Of a stretch of DNA of 64,000 nucleotides, positions 39,148-51,149 are shown in pieces. Source of the stretch: Negaprion brevirostris (taxonomy: Eukaryota); the NCBI GenBank assembly GCA_030324005.1, contig JARDVH010000073.1:93641337-93705336 (forward strand), in the 5' to 3' direction. How positions within the stretch are numbered: position 1 is the first letter of the stretch; each line of letters begins with the position of its first letter. Both the position numbers and the translations under genes were made by a program. The notes beneath the pieces were generated by a model. The model saw nothing but the letters and a program-made list of their open reading frames with translations, was not told the DNA's origin and ran no database searches.

Positions 39148-39754
39148 CTGGTTGACCTACAGCTGAACAAGTTGTATAACACTTGTTGTTCAATGTATCC
39201 ACAGTGTTTTTAATATTTGAAAGCTCATTGTTAATGTAGTGCATTGTCCATGTAGAAATGGTGTCCATATTCAGAATACTCATCTCTTCCAAACGACCCT
39301 GAAGTGCTTTGATTTGATTTCTGGCTTCCCGTAGTAAATTTGTTAGCTTGGAAACTTTATTCTCCAAAGCCGTTATCCTGTTGACACCGTCCTTGTCATT
39401 TTCTGTACTTCCAGTAACTTGATTGTAAATGAAGGACTTCTTCTGGTTTCCTTCCAGCCACCTAGTCTTCATCTTCTTTACTGTTGCTGTTAGACTTTTT
39501 ACCTGTTTGACAGTTTTTTTAAGGAGTTTTGTCTGCTTGGGTAGCTGAATGGTAAAAGGTGGAAAGTTTACCCGATAACCACAGACTTCACCTTCATCAT
39601 CACACTCAGTGGGCTTCAGTTTGATGGCGCAGGCTCCGTTTGCATGTCTTTCTGTGGAATTCTTGTGTATGCTGGTGCTGTTATATTCCACAGGAACTTC
39701 CAAACTTAATATTAATCCAATATTCAGGAGAAGAAATGCAATGGCAGTCTTCAT
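39148..39754 (-). CDS. fgl2: FGL2/fibroleukin-like, coding exon 1 (signal peptide + coiled coil)
   Basis: ATG at 39754 with signal peptide MKTAIAFLLLNIGLILS. Motifs C..KL...C......C.Y.V.FPPFTIQLPKQ, NRITALENKVSKL, LQGRLEEMSILNM and NKCYTTC align with FGL2. Donor cag|gtaagt at 39148/39147; 607 nt, phase 1, as in the two-exon FGL2 structure. Confidence 0.92.
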
Positions 39755-39795
39755 TATGTCTACAAATCTTTCACGAACAGTTAAATGCAAGAATG

Positions 39796-39802
39796 CTTTA
39801 TA
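39796..39802 (-). promoter_or_regulatory. Candidate TATA box (TATAAAG) for the FGL2-like gene
   Basis: Lies 42-48 nt upstream of the ATG, which implies a very short 5' UTR. The context is AT-rich, so support is weak. Confidence 0.25.
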
Positions 39803-40499
39803 ACTATTACAAAGTAACACTGTGCTATGTCAGTACCCCAGCACTGACTGACAAGAGACTCAAGAGCTCAAGCTGCTATTTGCTGCTAGGGATATTAATA
39901 TTCGACTCTAGGTAGGCAGTTCAGTTGTGAAATCATATCTGTCAGTCTTCAATACTGACAGTTCCTAAGCCTGCCTACATAACTTGAAAATGACCTCAAT
40001 TACAACACAATATGTTGTAACATTTTAGAGTTACCAGAATGACACTGTTATTTTTCTGCTGTAAATATGCACACTGGACATTCCCATTGCAGACATCTAT
40101 GCCACAGAATCTGATTGGTAGCATGCATTATTTGGATCAAAAGGTACTGTTTGGTGTCCAAAATTGTTTATATACCAGAAGCACACACTTCTGCGTCAAG
40201 TCACAGTGAAAATACCACATTGGCGAGGGCGTTAATGCATGAGCAGCAAACCATGCTGCAAGCATGCAGACCAAGCAGATCATGACACCATACTGATTTG
40301 ACATCAGTGCAGCCATTTCAAAGCCCTTGCCCTCGTTTGGTCCCATTTACACTGGCCAGCCAACCATTAATTGGCCAGCCAGCATGAAATCATATTCAGG
40401 CTCTGATTGTGCCTGGAAATGGCAAGTGTGGCTGCTTCTGGGCTTACCATTTGTGCACACATGATGTGTGCAAAATTCAGGTCATAGAGTCACGTAGGG

Positions 40500-40755
40500 T
40501 TACTTTAAATAGTGAGTGGTTAGGATCTGAAATGCATGGCATGCGAGTATGATGGAGGCAGATTCTATAAAAACAGAACTGGAGAGAAAAAGAAATTGCA
40601 GGGCTCTGGGGAAAAGACAAGTGGGTGGGACCAGGTGAGTTACTCTTGCATTGAATTGGCACAAACACTGTGGCCTGAATGGCCTCCTTCTGTGCAGTTA
40701 CTATTCACAATTCGCTGGTTTTCAGCACATTTATCGGCTTGAATTCTATGATTTC
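40500..40755 (+). mobile_element. CR1 LINE 3' fragment
   Basis: 'gatggaggcagattc...gagttactcttgc...ggcctgaatggcctccttctgtgc' is similar to 48300-48505. Confidence 0.6.
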
Positions 40756-40799
40756 TGATTGGAAGCATGTTACTTATAAACAAGTCCCTAACTTAAGAA

Positions 40800-43700
40800 A
40801 GGTCTCTGACACACACGTGTCCGCGAAATAAATAAAGCAGGAATTACTAAATCAAAAACCCTCCCAGCAAACACCCGATAAAGTCGTTTCAGTTACTGCT
40901 AAAATACATTTTTTTTAAAAAAACGGCGTTTCAAGGAAGGCGAGTTGCCAGTTTCACCCCCGAGTGTTCATATGGAATATCTGTCTCACTCCCAACTAGT
41001 TTTCAATGCAGGAAATGGGAATTAAACCCAATTTACTTAATGACAACATACAGGATAGGGACAATGCAGAGACATCATCATGTGAACACCCGGCCTGATT
41101 TTACAGAATTATCATTAAATCTTCCACGAAAGGCGTGAATGAGAAAGACGCTACACTCGTTGGATCATAGCATCAAATTCAGAAATGTGGCACTGCATCA
41201 GGATCTCTCGGTGTTTCTGACAAATGATGCTCCTCAATTGGGAGAGTATGGATAATAAGTTTATTCCATTCTGCAAAAATATGGTTAATTCTGAATATTT
41301 AAGGACCTTGCTTTATCGCGCAGACAGATGTTCCGGTTGCTCGGGTTTGCCAAGCAACTGATCCACAGAGTGGGGACACTTTGTCCCAACTTCTGGTTTC
41401 GGAAGTGATCGGTTATCTTTGCAACTGAACAGTGCGCAAGAAGTATTGTCGCCGCGTTAAGAAAGCCCAAACTGCTTTTGCGGATCTCCTCAGAAGACGT
41501 GCTTAATAAAAAAAAAGTGATTTAGCACTTGTGTAGAAATATTTACAGACGATATGAAGAATTGCAAGACTCGCCGCAATTAATGTGCACCAGAATTCCA
41601 GAAGGTCAAAACGCAAGTTGTTGCTAAAACAAAACAAAATGGCACATCTGCCCATCCGCGGAGTTTGAATTAACTTTCAAATGTGCACTGTCGTGTGCTG
41701 GTGTGTTGTTGGGGCAGTAATTGTTGTAAACGTGTGACTGAAACGTGTAACAGGTCAGTGAGACGCTGGGCTATATTCCATCGACACACGCGCTGAACGC
41801 AGAGCTGTTCAGGTATCACTAAGCGTAGCAGCCGTTTTATATTAAATCAGATATTGCGGCGTGTCTACAGGGCCTGGAAACGATTGTGTCCGTGGTCCTG
41901 ACAAACATTTCAACTATTAAATGTAAGACAGTTCTCGGGAGTCGGCCATTGCCCCGACAAAGTTTAAGCCCACGTGGATCAGTGCTGTTACAGGCTGGGG
42001 GAAAGAAATCGCACACCGTTTAAATTAGCCCAGGCGTCAACAAACTTCGAGTGAAATTAACACGACGTGTCCCCGCGGCAGACAAAACATTTTTATTTCC
42101 CATTTCCGAACAATTTATGTGTGTGCTTTTTTTTTAAAAAAATTGCGCTTAGGACTAGAAAGCACCTTTTCCTAACAGCTATATAATTCATAGATTATAC
42201 ACCGCGGAAAACAACAAATTTTCTCCTTTAATTCGTACCGGCTCCTGCCGTGGAGCCTGCAGGCATCCACTTTTACCTGCTCAGAACAACTCCCACAGAT
42301 TTGCGGAAAACTTTGCCGAATGAAATCTCCCAAAGTTGCCCTTGTCCGAACTGGCAACGGAACTTGCTTAGCTTCACGCTAGAGCTTATTGCTGATTTTC
42401 TTGTGTCCAATGAAGTGAGTGCAGTAAGGTAAAAATTGTCACCGTTTTAATAACTTCAAATAAGGTAGGAATATTTTTTATCTCAATGACTTTGCAAGTC
42501 CCTCCCACCCCTCACATTCTTACAACTTACAGGATATTTAGGCAACAAGCTAAAACTCTAAGATGTGTTTGCCGGATGATTTTACCTGGATGCATTTTAA
42601 ATCCAAATCTTCACAGACTATAGGGAGTTGGACAGGTAGGTTGAACAGATTTTGAACTCCGAAGTCGGGTCTGTGTGCCTCAGACGCCACCAAATGTTCA
42701 TATCGGATATTGCAGCCTATCCACAGGCTTCTCTGACATCGTTTTTCTCAGTGAAACAAGATAGTGATGACTAAAAATCAAAGGGATTTGTTTGGGACAG
42801 CATCTTTGTTTTGTCATACAGCGACGTATGCGTTTGCAAAATACAAAAAATATTACATGTACAATAATATTTGCTGCTGGAAATGTGCGTGTTAATAACC
42901 CAGAAATAGAGTCACAACGCTTCTGTGGGATCAAAAAATGAGCACACTCTGTTCATTTGTGAGCTTTCTCACTGCTGCCAGAGGAAAGGAGATAAACGGA
43001 CAACACATTGTGTCAACTTAAAAAGGCATTCTAGCCTCTCTATTGTCACTACCCATTCCTTTCCTCACCAAAAACCCTCTGACTATTTGAAAAGTGCATT
43101 TCTTTCGATCCCAGTTTTCTAAGTCTCAATGCCCGAAGCCTATGTTATAACTAGTTGTGAATTCCATTAACTCCCAAAACGTTTATTTCCCGAGATATCA
43201 ACCCCCTGAAACCAAACTTATGAAAAGGAACAAGAATATGTTGCATTCCTCAATTGCAGTCCTGCGAAAGAGTGTTTTACTTTGTATTCCTTGTCTGTGC
43301 ATCTTTGATTTCTCTGCATTTTAAGCTTTCTGATGAACGTGCTTTATTTTCTTTTGACCTTAAAGGATTTCGTACACTCACAGTGGTGTCAATTTATACT
43401 GAGCACCTCTCCCCCCACCCCAATTTACTACCATTACTGTTTAAAAGAAGCGCCTTCGAAACAACTTCTGAGACTCCCATTCTATCAAATTCTGTCCAAA
43501 TGTTATACCTAGCACAGACATACATGTGAACTCCGCCTTCATATCAAACAACGTCCCGCCACCTTTCCCCTCCCAGCCCCGTACTTATTACAATGGGATT
43601 GTCTCACAGCGTCCATACAAATTAAACGTCCAGTGCTGAAATCCGCTGCTGTGGAGATCTGTGGCACTCACTTGCACAGTAGTTACATCTGTCCTGCCCC

Positions 43701-44820
43701 GGCTCAGCTGCAATAGAAATGCTTTCACGGTCCACGGTATATTTTTATTGTGTGTTCAACCTCCTTTACTGCCCCACTGACGCCACCTGCGAAATAACCT
43801 CTAATTATAGCGTCACATATTGCGTTTTTTTTTCTGCATATCCTTCCTATATTTTTCTTTCTATTCTGTAATAAAGAAAGTTGGAACCGCCAGTACAAAC
43901 CGCGAAGTCGAACCTGTCGAGTTATAGGTGAGCTGTGTGTTTACGTGGAGTTGTAGGTCATTTAAAAAACCCAGAGCTGAAGAGGTTGCTAATTAACCTT
44001 AGCAGTCGTGTGGTCGGGAAGGTGTTTCCCCTCCCGGATTCAAAATGGTAACATTCTTCCTAGGACTTCTCATGACCGATGAAAGTCTTACAATTCGAAA
44101 TGTAACCGTAGAAGGATCGAATAAAAACGATTACTTCCATTCTGCACTTGCGGAAATGTGAAACAACCTATGCGTGTGCATAGTTTGCCGTTTGCAAGCT
44201 ATGGATTGGGTTGGATCGTGATTATAAAATAGACAGGCCATTTATTTGAATGGTAACGCAAGATTTCATTTATTAAAAAAAAGTGCACTCGCCAGTTTAA
44301 TACTTGGAACTGGAGGTGAGTGACCAGTCATTCTCGTGTTCTGACCAGCGTTGTTCCTTCAAGACTTTGGCCAAAAATATATATTAATTGGCCATTCATC
44401 TTATTTTATAATGGGATGTCACTGTGCATAAATGGATGCCTTTTTTTCTACGTAATATTAGTCATTGTACTAAGCACTTCATTTTTTTATTCTTTGAGAC
44501 GATGCTATGGTAAGACATTGTATAAATTAAATCCTTTTACTTCTTTGGTAAGCACGATGGAGCCAATGAATCTTCAGAAGGAGTGATGCAGAAGTTAAAT
44601 CACATATCAATAATTATATGGCATCAATAAACCACCTTAATACTTCCTGTTATTGGACTACATCTACTGGAGGTGAGCTGTTGAGCAATACATTTAACAG
44701 TATGAACAGTACATTACCCGGACTTGCGTAAAAAGTGCTTTTCTTCGGGCTTATTTTTGCTGCCGATCTTGAGAGGGGAATTTTGGCCAGGCCGTTGGGC
44801 GATCTCATTCGACTAAACAT
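40800..44820. promoter_or_regulatory. Second CpG-retaining domain, upstream of the FGL2-like gene
   Basis: Many CpGs and no recognisable interspersed repeats across about 4 kb. Judged by eye. Confidence 0.5.
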
Positions 44821-45181
44821 CAAACTAGAAAAGTGTTTCTTTTTATTTGATTACTACACACATTGACATTTCTATTTACAAACTCACTCCCACGCTCCGT
44901 AGTTAAACACATAAATATCAAACGTTGAATTCGGTTCTGCAAGGGGCAAAATGAATCTTCAATGACTGAACAAGTGTTTGTAATTAAGGCCAAACACACA
45001 ATAGAGTCAACTCCTGAACAACAAAGGAAGAACAAAGTGAATGTCTGAATTTTTTTTAACACAAAATAACCTATCCTACAGTAACAAGACTGCAATATGG
45101 GGGTTAGTGATTTAAGAGGAAAAAATGGTTTACTTAAGTCATAGTAAATTATGCTTCCCTTTCAAACTATGGTTTGATTTT

Positions 45182-45357
45182 GATGACAGCCTTGAAAAAT
45201 GTCAAACTTCACTGAATAGTATCCAGTATCTGTGATATATGTAACCTAAGGTACATGATATGAACATACTATTTGTACTATGTACCCTCGGTTACATATA
45301 TTCCAGGTACTGGAAGCTACTCACTGAACAATGACAGTAGCTGCAAAGTGTCATTGA
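45182..45357. repeat. Degenerate ~180-bp palindrome
   Basis: Core arms 45222-45256 and 45280-45314 match at 30/35 positions. Weaker pairing extends outwards. Confidence 0.75.
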
Positions 45358-45819
45358 AAGTCAATGCATATCTTGGAAATTGTGATAAATTATAAATGCC
45401 TAACATATTGATTTCCAAAATGATCAATATGGCTTTAGCCCTTATGGGCCTGATTTGAATACATTGTTTGCTATTATTCAGAATATTGAAAAGAATGTTA
45501 AATTAATCTTTGATAGAAAAGAACCAAGATGACGAAGTCAAAACAAAAGGAATCCATAAAGATACTTCTGTATCATCTCTAGTCAAGTATAGGCCATCTA
45601 TATTTTACCCTCTTGAATATTATTCAGCCACAACTTGGATAAAGAAGATGAAATAGAGTTCAAAGGATCAGGCAGCTCAAAACACGACTATCATTAAAGC
45701 CAATATTGCTTCAATATGACGGGGGAATTTTCTGGGTTGTTACCAGAGGTACAATGAGAAAGCAGGTAGAAAGAAATGACTTGCATTTATATAGTGCTCT
45801 TCATAATCTCAGGAAATTT

Positions 45820-46330
45820 TATTGAAACTTTTACAGATGCACCATAAAAAACATCCTTTCTGGATGTATCACAGCTTAGTATAACTCTTGAACTGGCCAA
45901 GACCACAGTAAACTACAAAGGGGTGTGAACCTAGCCCTGTCCATCGTGTAAATCAACCTCCCATCCATTGACTATGTCTATACTTTCTGCTGCCTGGAAA
46001 AGCAACCAGCATAATCAAGGATTCTACACACCCCAGATATATTCTCTTCCACCATCTTCCATCGAGAAAAAGATACATAAGTCTGAGGTTACCTACCAAC
46101 TGATTCAAGAACACTTCTTCGCTGCTGCCATCAGACTTTTGAATGGACCTACCTTATATTAAGTTGATCTTTCTCTATATCCTAGCTATGACTATAACAT
46201 TACATTCTCCACTCTTTCCTTTCCTCCTCGCCAATGTACTCTACGAATTGTATGCTTTGTCTGCATAGTGCGCATGAAAAAATAATTTCCACTGTATACC
46301 AATACATGTGGCTATAATAAATCAAATCAA
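45820..46330 (+). mobile_element. Rex1/Babar-like LINE 3' region
   Basis: 'ttttacagatgcaccata...atcctttctggatgtatcacagct' and the translated end FFAAAIRLLNGP. The 3' UTR is shared with 18395-18612. Confidence 0.6.
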
Positions 46331-46619
46331 TGAAGTGCTTTTAAAGAGCAGCCACTGTTAACTTATGTCCCAGGCATACTGTACCCACTTTGGACAATGC
46401 ACTCGGAACAGGATGTCAAGGGGATGGAGCTCACATAACTTTAATCTGGGATCTGAACATGTTGAAAATGCTAAGAGTGGAGCTCTGACAAAGATTTATG
46501 ATGAAGAAAATCCAGTTTTTTAAATAAAGTAAGAAGGGTGGTGAGGATGAGCCTAGCAACCTAGTTTATCCTCAGGGGTGAAGAAGTTTTTAGAAATGAT
46601 AAGTTGGAACACAGTTAAT

Positions 46620-48505
46620 AGTTACTTGAGCTAATGCAGATAAGTTAAGGAAATCCAACATGTACTTGTTAAGGGAAGTATGTGTTTAATGAACTTGCTT
46701 GAGTTTTTAGATGAGGTGGCAGAGAAGGTAGAACAAAGAACAAAGAAAATTACAACACAGGAACAGGCCCTTCAGCCCTTCAAGTCTGCATTGATCATGC
46801 TGCCCCACTTAAGTAAAACCTCCTACCCTTCCGGGGACTATACACTATCTGTAATTACCAGGAATAATCAAGCTACCCTTCCTAGACAAAGGAACAACAT
46901 TGGCTATTCTCTATACCAATACTACTCATATAATTGTCAAGATGCCCCTTAAAATTAACTACCANNNNNNNNNNNNNNNNNNNNNNNNNNNNNNNNNNNN
47001 NNNNNNNNNNNNNNNNNNNNNNNNNNNNNNNNNNNNNNNNNNNNNNNNNNNNNNNNNNNNNNNNNNNNNNNNNNNNNNNNNNNNNNNNNNNNNNNNNNNN
47101 NNNNNNNNNNNNNNNNNNNNNNNNNNNNNNNNNNNNNNNNNNNNNNNNNNNNNNNNNNNNNNNNNNNNNNNNNNNNNNNNNNNNNNNNNNNNNNNNNNNN
47201 NNNNNNNNNNNNNNNNNNNNNNNNNNNNNNNNNNNNNNNNNNNNNNNNNNNNNNNNNNNNNNNNNNNNNNNNNNNNNNNNNNNNNNNNNNNNNNNNNNNN
47301 NNNNNNNNNNNNNNNNNNNNNNNNNNNNNNNNNNNNNNNNNNNNNNNNNNNNNNNNNNNNNNNNNNNNNNNNNNNNNNNNNNNNNNNNNNNNNNNNNNNN
47401 NNNNNNNNNNNNNNNNNNNNNNNNNNNNNNNNNNNNNNNNNNNNNNNNNNNNNNNNNNNNNNNNNNNNNNNNNNNNNNNNNNNNNNNNNNNNNNNNNNNN
47501 NNNNNNNNNNNNNNNNNNNNNNNNNNNNNNNNNNNNNNNNNNNNNNNNNNNNNNNNNNNNNNNNNNNNNNNNNNNNNNNNNNNNNNNNNNNNNNNNNNNN
47601 NNNNNNNNNNNNNNNNNNNNNNNNNNNNNNNNNNNNNNNNNNNNNNNNNNNNNNNNNNNGTGTTTGCTACCAAATAAACCTGTTGGACTTTAACCTGATG
47701 CTGTGAGACTTCTTACTGTGTTTACCCCAGTCCAACGCCAACATCTCCATATCATGACCTCCCCTGTAGCCAGTGAGGACACAAAGATTTCTCTCAAGGT
47801 CCCAGCAATTTCCTCCCTTGCCTCTCTCAGTGTTCTGGGGTATATCCCATCAGGCCCTCGGGACTTGTCTACCTTAATGTTTCTCAAGAACCTCAATACC
47901 TCCTCCTTTTTGATCTCAACATGACTCAAACTATCTACACATAGTTAAATGTATGCATGGAATTCCAAAGGAGATTTGATCAAATGTCTCACGGTACACT
48001 TTTGAGCAAAGTTATGGTTCATAGAATAAAAGGGACAGGAGCAAAATGAATACAAAATTGGTTGAGTGACTGGAAATAGTGAGTAGGGATGAACAGTGAT
48101 TTATTTTTGGACTGCAGGAACATATAGAAAGATTCACCAAAAGCCAGTGTTAGGAACCTTGCTCTCCCTGATATATATTACTGTCCTGGGCTTTGATGTA
48201 TAAATACAAAATTTTACAGGTGACAGAAAGCTTGCAAGTATTGTGAACTGTAAGGGGGATAATGGTGATCAATTATTTTACAAGCATGTGTTCAGGATCT
48301 AGAATGCATTCGCTGAGATTGTGATGGAGGCAGATTCAACCATGGCTTTTAAAAGAGAATTGGATCATTATCTTAACAGGAAAGATTTGCAGGGCCACAG
48401 GGAAAAGGCAGGAAAGTGGCAGTAAGCGAGTTGCTCTTGCAAAGAGCTGGCATGGAAAGGATGGGCTGAATGGTCTCCTGTGCTGTAACCATTCTGTGAT
48501 TCTAG
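46620..48505 (+). mobile_element. Old CR1 LINE (plus), interrupted by a younger minus-strand CR1 (~46730-47945) and a Penelope fragment (47660-47757)
   Basis: CLMNLLEFLDEVAEKV before the insertion, with a plus-strand continuation after 47945. Minus-strand RT fragment IKVDKSRGPDGIYPRTLREAREEIAGTLREIFVSSLATGEV. Penelope end 'aaataaacctgttggactttaacctg...ccccagtccaacgcc'. Confidence 0.75.
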
Positions 48506-48688
48506 GATTGTATGACATGTCACAAGTTACAGAAAATAAACCACACTTGATGGGATTGTGAACAATTAACAATTAGATCTGTGTAGGAATAGTTTGAATT
48601 ATATTTTTTGGCTGGAAGGGTAAACTGAGCAGATTTGTCATGTGACATTGCAGAGCCATCTCAGAGATAAAAATCTATCAGAAAAGAT

Positions 48689-49003
48689 GTGGTACAGTGG
48701 CACAGTGATTAGCACTGCTGTCTCACAGTGCCAGAGACCTGAGTTTGATTCCCAGCTTGAGTCACTGTCTGTGCGAAGTCTGCACATTCTCCCCGTGTCT
48801 GCGTGGATTTCTTCCTGGTGCTCTGGTTTCCTCCCACAGTCCAAAAGATGTGCACTTGTTAGGTGCATTGACCATACTAAATTCTCACTCAGTGTATCTG
48901 AACAGGTGCCAGAGTATGGTGACTTGGAGATTTTCACAGTCATTTCATTGCAGGGTTAATGTAAGCCTACTTGTGACACTAATAAATAAACTTTAAACTT
49001 TAA
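48689..49003 (+). mobile_element. tRNA-derived V-SINE, full length
   Basis: A box tggcacagtgatt, B box gagtttgattcc, V-domain, and tail aataaataaactttaaacttt. Confidence 0.88.
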
Positions 49004-49444
49004 AAGGGTGTCTAGAAGTAAAGCGCATTTGAGTAGTGTCAATCCAATTTCTATTGGGAAGCAGATCTAAGTGTAAATCTGGTACAGCAATTTATATTTA
49101 CATTAATTATCACATTTCATAATATAATAAGACTGCTGTCACCAAAGAGGTAGGATAGAGTTGTGATGAAAGGAATTTCCTCTCTTCAACAGTTTCCATT
49201 TTGCTAGGAATGTCTGCTAGCACCAAAAATGGCCTTCTGTTTATGGATGCTCATACAGGACTGAACATAACATGTTTGCTTGTTAAGCATGTTCATTCTT
49301 TATTTCATTCTGGGTTTCTGAATCATTCTGAAAATGAGATACAATAAAAAGAGCATATCAAATATGCGAAGATCTACTAATTTGCCACTAAATCTGAGCT
49401 TGAGTTTAAAGCCACCTAAAGGGTGATTAATGCCATCCCATCCC

Positions 49445-49649
49445 ATAGAGTCATAGAGTCACAGAGGTTTACAGCATGGAAACAGGCTCTTCAGCCCAAC
49501 TTGTTCATGCCGCCCTTTTCTTTAAAAAAACCCGAAGCTAGTCCCAATTGCCCACATTTGGCCTATGTTCCCTCTATATCCATCTTACCCCATAACTATC
49601 TGAACACTTTTTAAAAGACAAAATTGTACTCGCCTCTACTACTACTAGT
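49445..49649 (-). mobile_element. CR1 LINE 3' end running into a gap
   Basis: Tandem 'catagagt' tail followed by 'aacaggctcttcagccc...gctagtcccaattgccc'. Confidence 0.65.
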
Positions 49650-51149
49650 NNNNNNNNNNNNNNNNNNNNNNNNNNNNNNNNNNNNNNNNNNNNNNNNNNN
49701 NNNNNNNNNNNNNNNNNNNNNNNNNNNNNNNNNNNNNNNNNNNNNNNNNNNNNNNNNNNNNNNNNNNNNNNNNNNNNNNNNNNNNNNNNNNNNNNNNNNN
49801 NNNNNNNNNNNNNNNNNNNNNNNNNNNNNNNNNNNNNNNNNNNNNNNNNNNNNNNNNNNNNNNNNNNNNNNNNNNNNNNNNNNNNNNNNNNNNNNNNNNN
49901 NNNNNNNNNNNNNNNNNNNNNNNNNNNNNNNNNNNNNNNNNNNNNNNNNNNNNNNNNNNNNNNNNNNNNNNNNNNNNNNNNNNNNNNNNNNNNNNNNNNN
50001 NNNNNNNNNNNNNNNNNNNNNNNNNNNNNNNNNNNNNNNNNNNNNNNNNNNNNNNNNNNNNNNNNNNNNNNNNNNNNNNNNNNNNNNNNNNNNNNNNNNN
50101 NNNNNNNNNNNNNNNNNNNNNNNNNNNNNNNNNNNNNNNNNNNNNNNNNNNNNNNNNNNNNNNNNNNNNNNNNNNNNNNNNNNNNNNNNNNNNNNNNNNN
50201 NNNNNNNNNNNNNNNNNNNNNNNNNNNNNNNNNNNNNNNNNNNNNNNNNNNNNNNNNNNNNNNNNNNNNNNNNNNNNNNNNNNNNNNNNNNNNNNNNNNN
50301 NNNNNNNNNNNNNNNNNNNNNNNNNNNNNNNNNNNNNNNNNNNNNNNNNNNNNNNNNNNNNNNNNNNNNNNNNNNNNNNNNNNNNNNNNNNNNNNNAAAA
50401 TTGCTTCAAATGAAGCTAAAATGTAACCTAATGACTTCAACCAAGTACAGCATGTTGATACTACACTTGATCTTAGCCAAATACCCTATCATTAACTGAA
50501 TAAGTCCTGCCCTGGTTCAATCCACCAAAATGTATCACCTCGCATTTATTTGTAGGGATGTATCCTACAGTTATACATTCAAGTGAACTGACTGTCCTGT
50601 AAGTTGCAGGAAATCATTGGCACTGCAAAGGACAAGTAGAAGGGATAGTTATTAATATCTTATCCCTTGCAGTTTCACGGCACTGTTTCCCAATTGCAAT
50701 CTTTTGAAGTATATGTAACACCATCATTATTTTGGTAAGCTACTCTGGTGTTCACAGATTTGGAATTCAATCAGTGGCTAACCTTAGAAGCATCTTTCAG
50801 GACAGAATATGTTTGTGTGCATTATATATTTACTATTTGCTAAATTTATACCTTGTATTGCTATTTATTTGTGAAAAGATAATTAGTTGTTTCAGTCTCA
50901 GAACCTCTGGCTTGTGTGTCTGTTTCAAAGAGAATTTCATATCATGACATGAGATGACATTCAATCCTGCAAGCAGGTCCTGAAAAGTGCAGTTATGTGA
51001 AATGCTCAATATGCAAGTTTGTGATAACAGAATAAGGAAAAGTTGCAGTTTCCGGATTCTAGAAAACAGACTTTATTTTATAGAACACTGATAGGACATC
51101 AAGAGAGAACATGATAGCAACCACCCCAAAACTATACGAGAGTTGTAAA

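Noticed and set aside
39755-39820. 22-codon N-terminal extension in the ORF track for the FGL2-like exon
   Set aside because: It starts at a non-ATG codon. The signal peptide and homology begin at the ATG at 39754.
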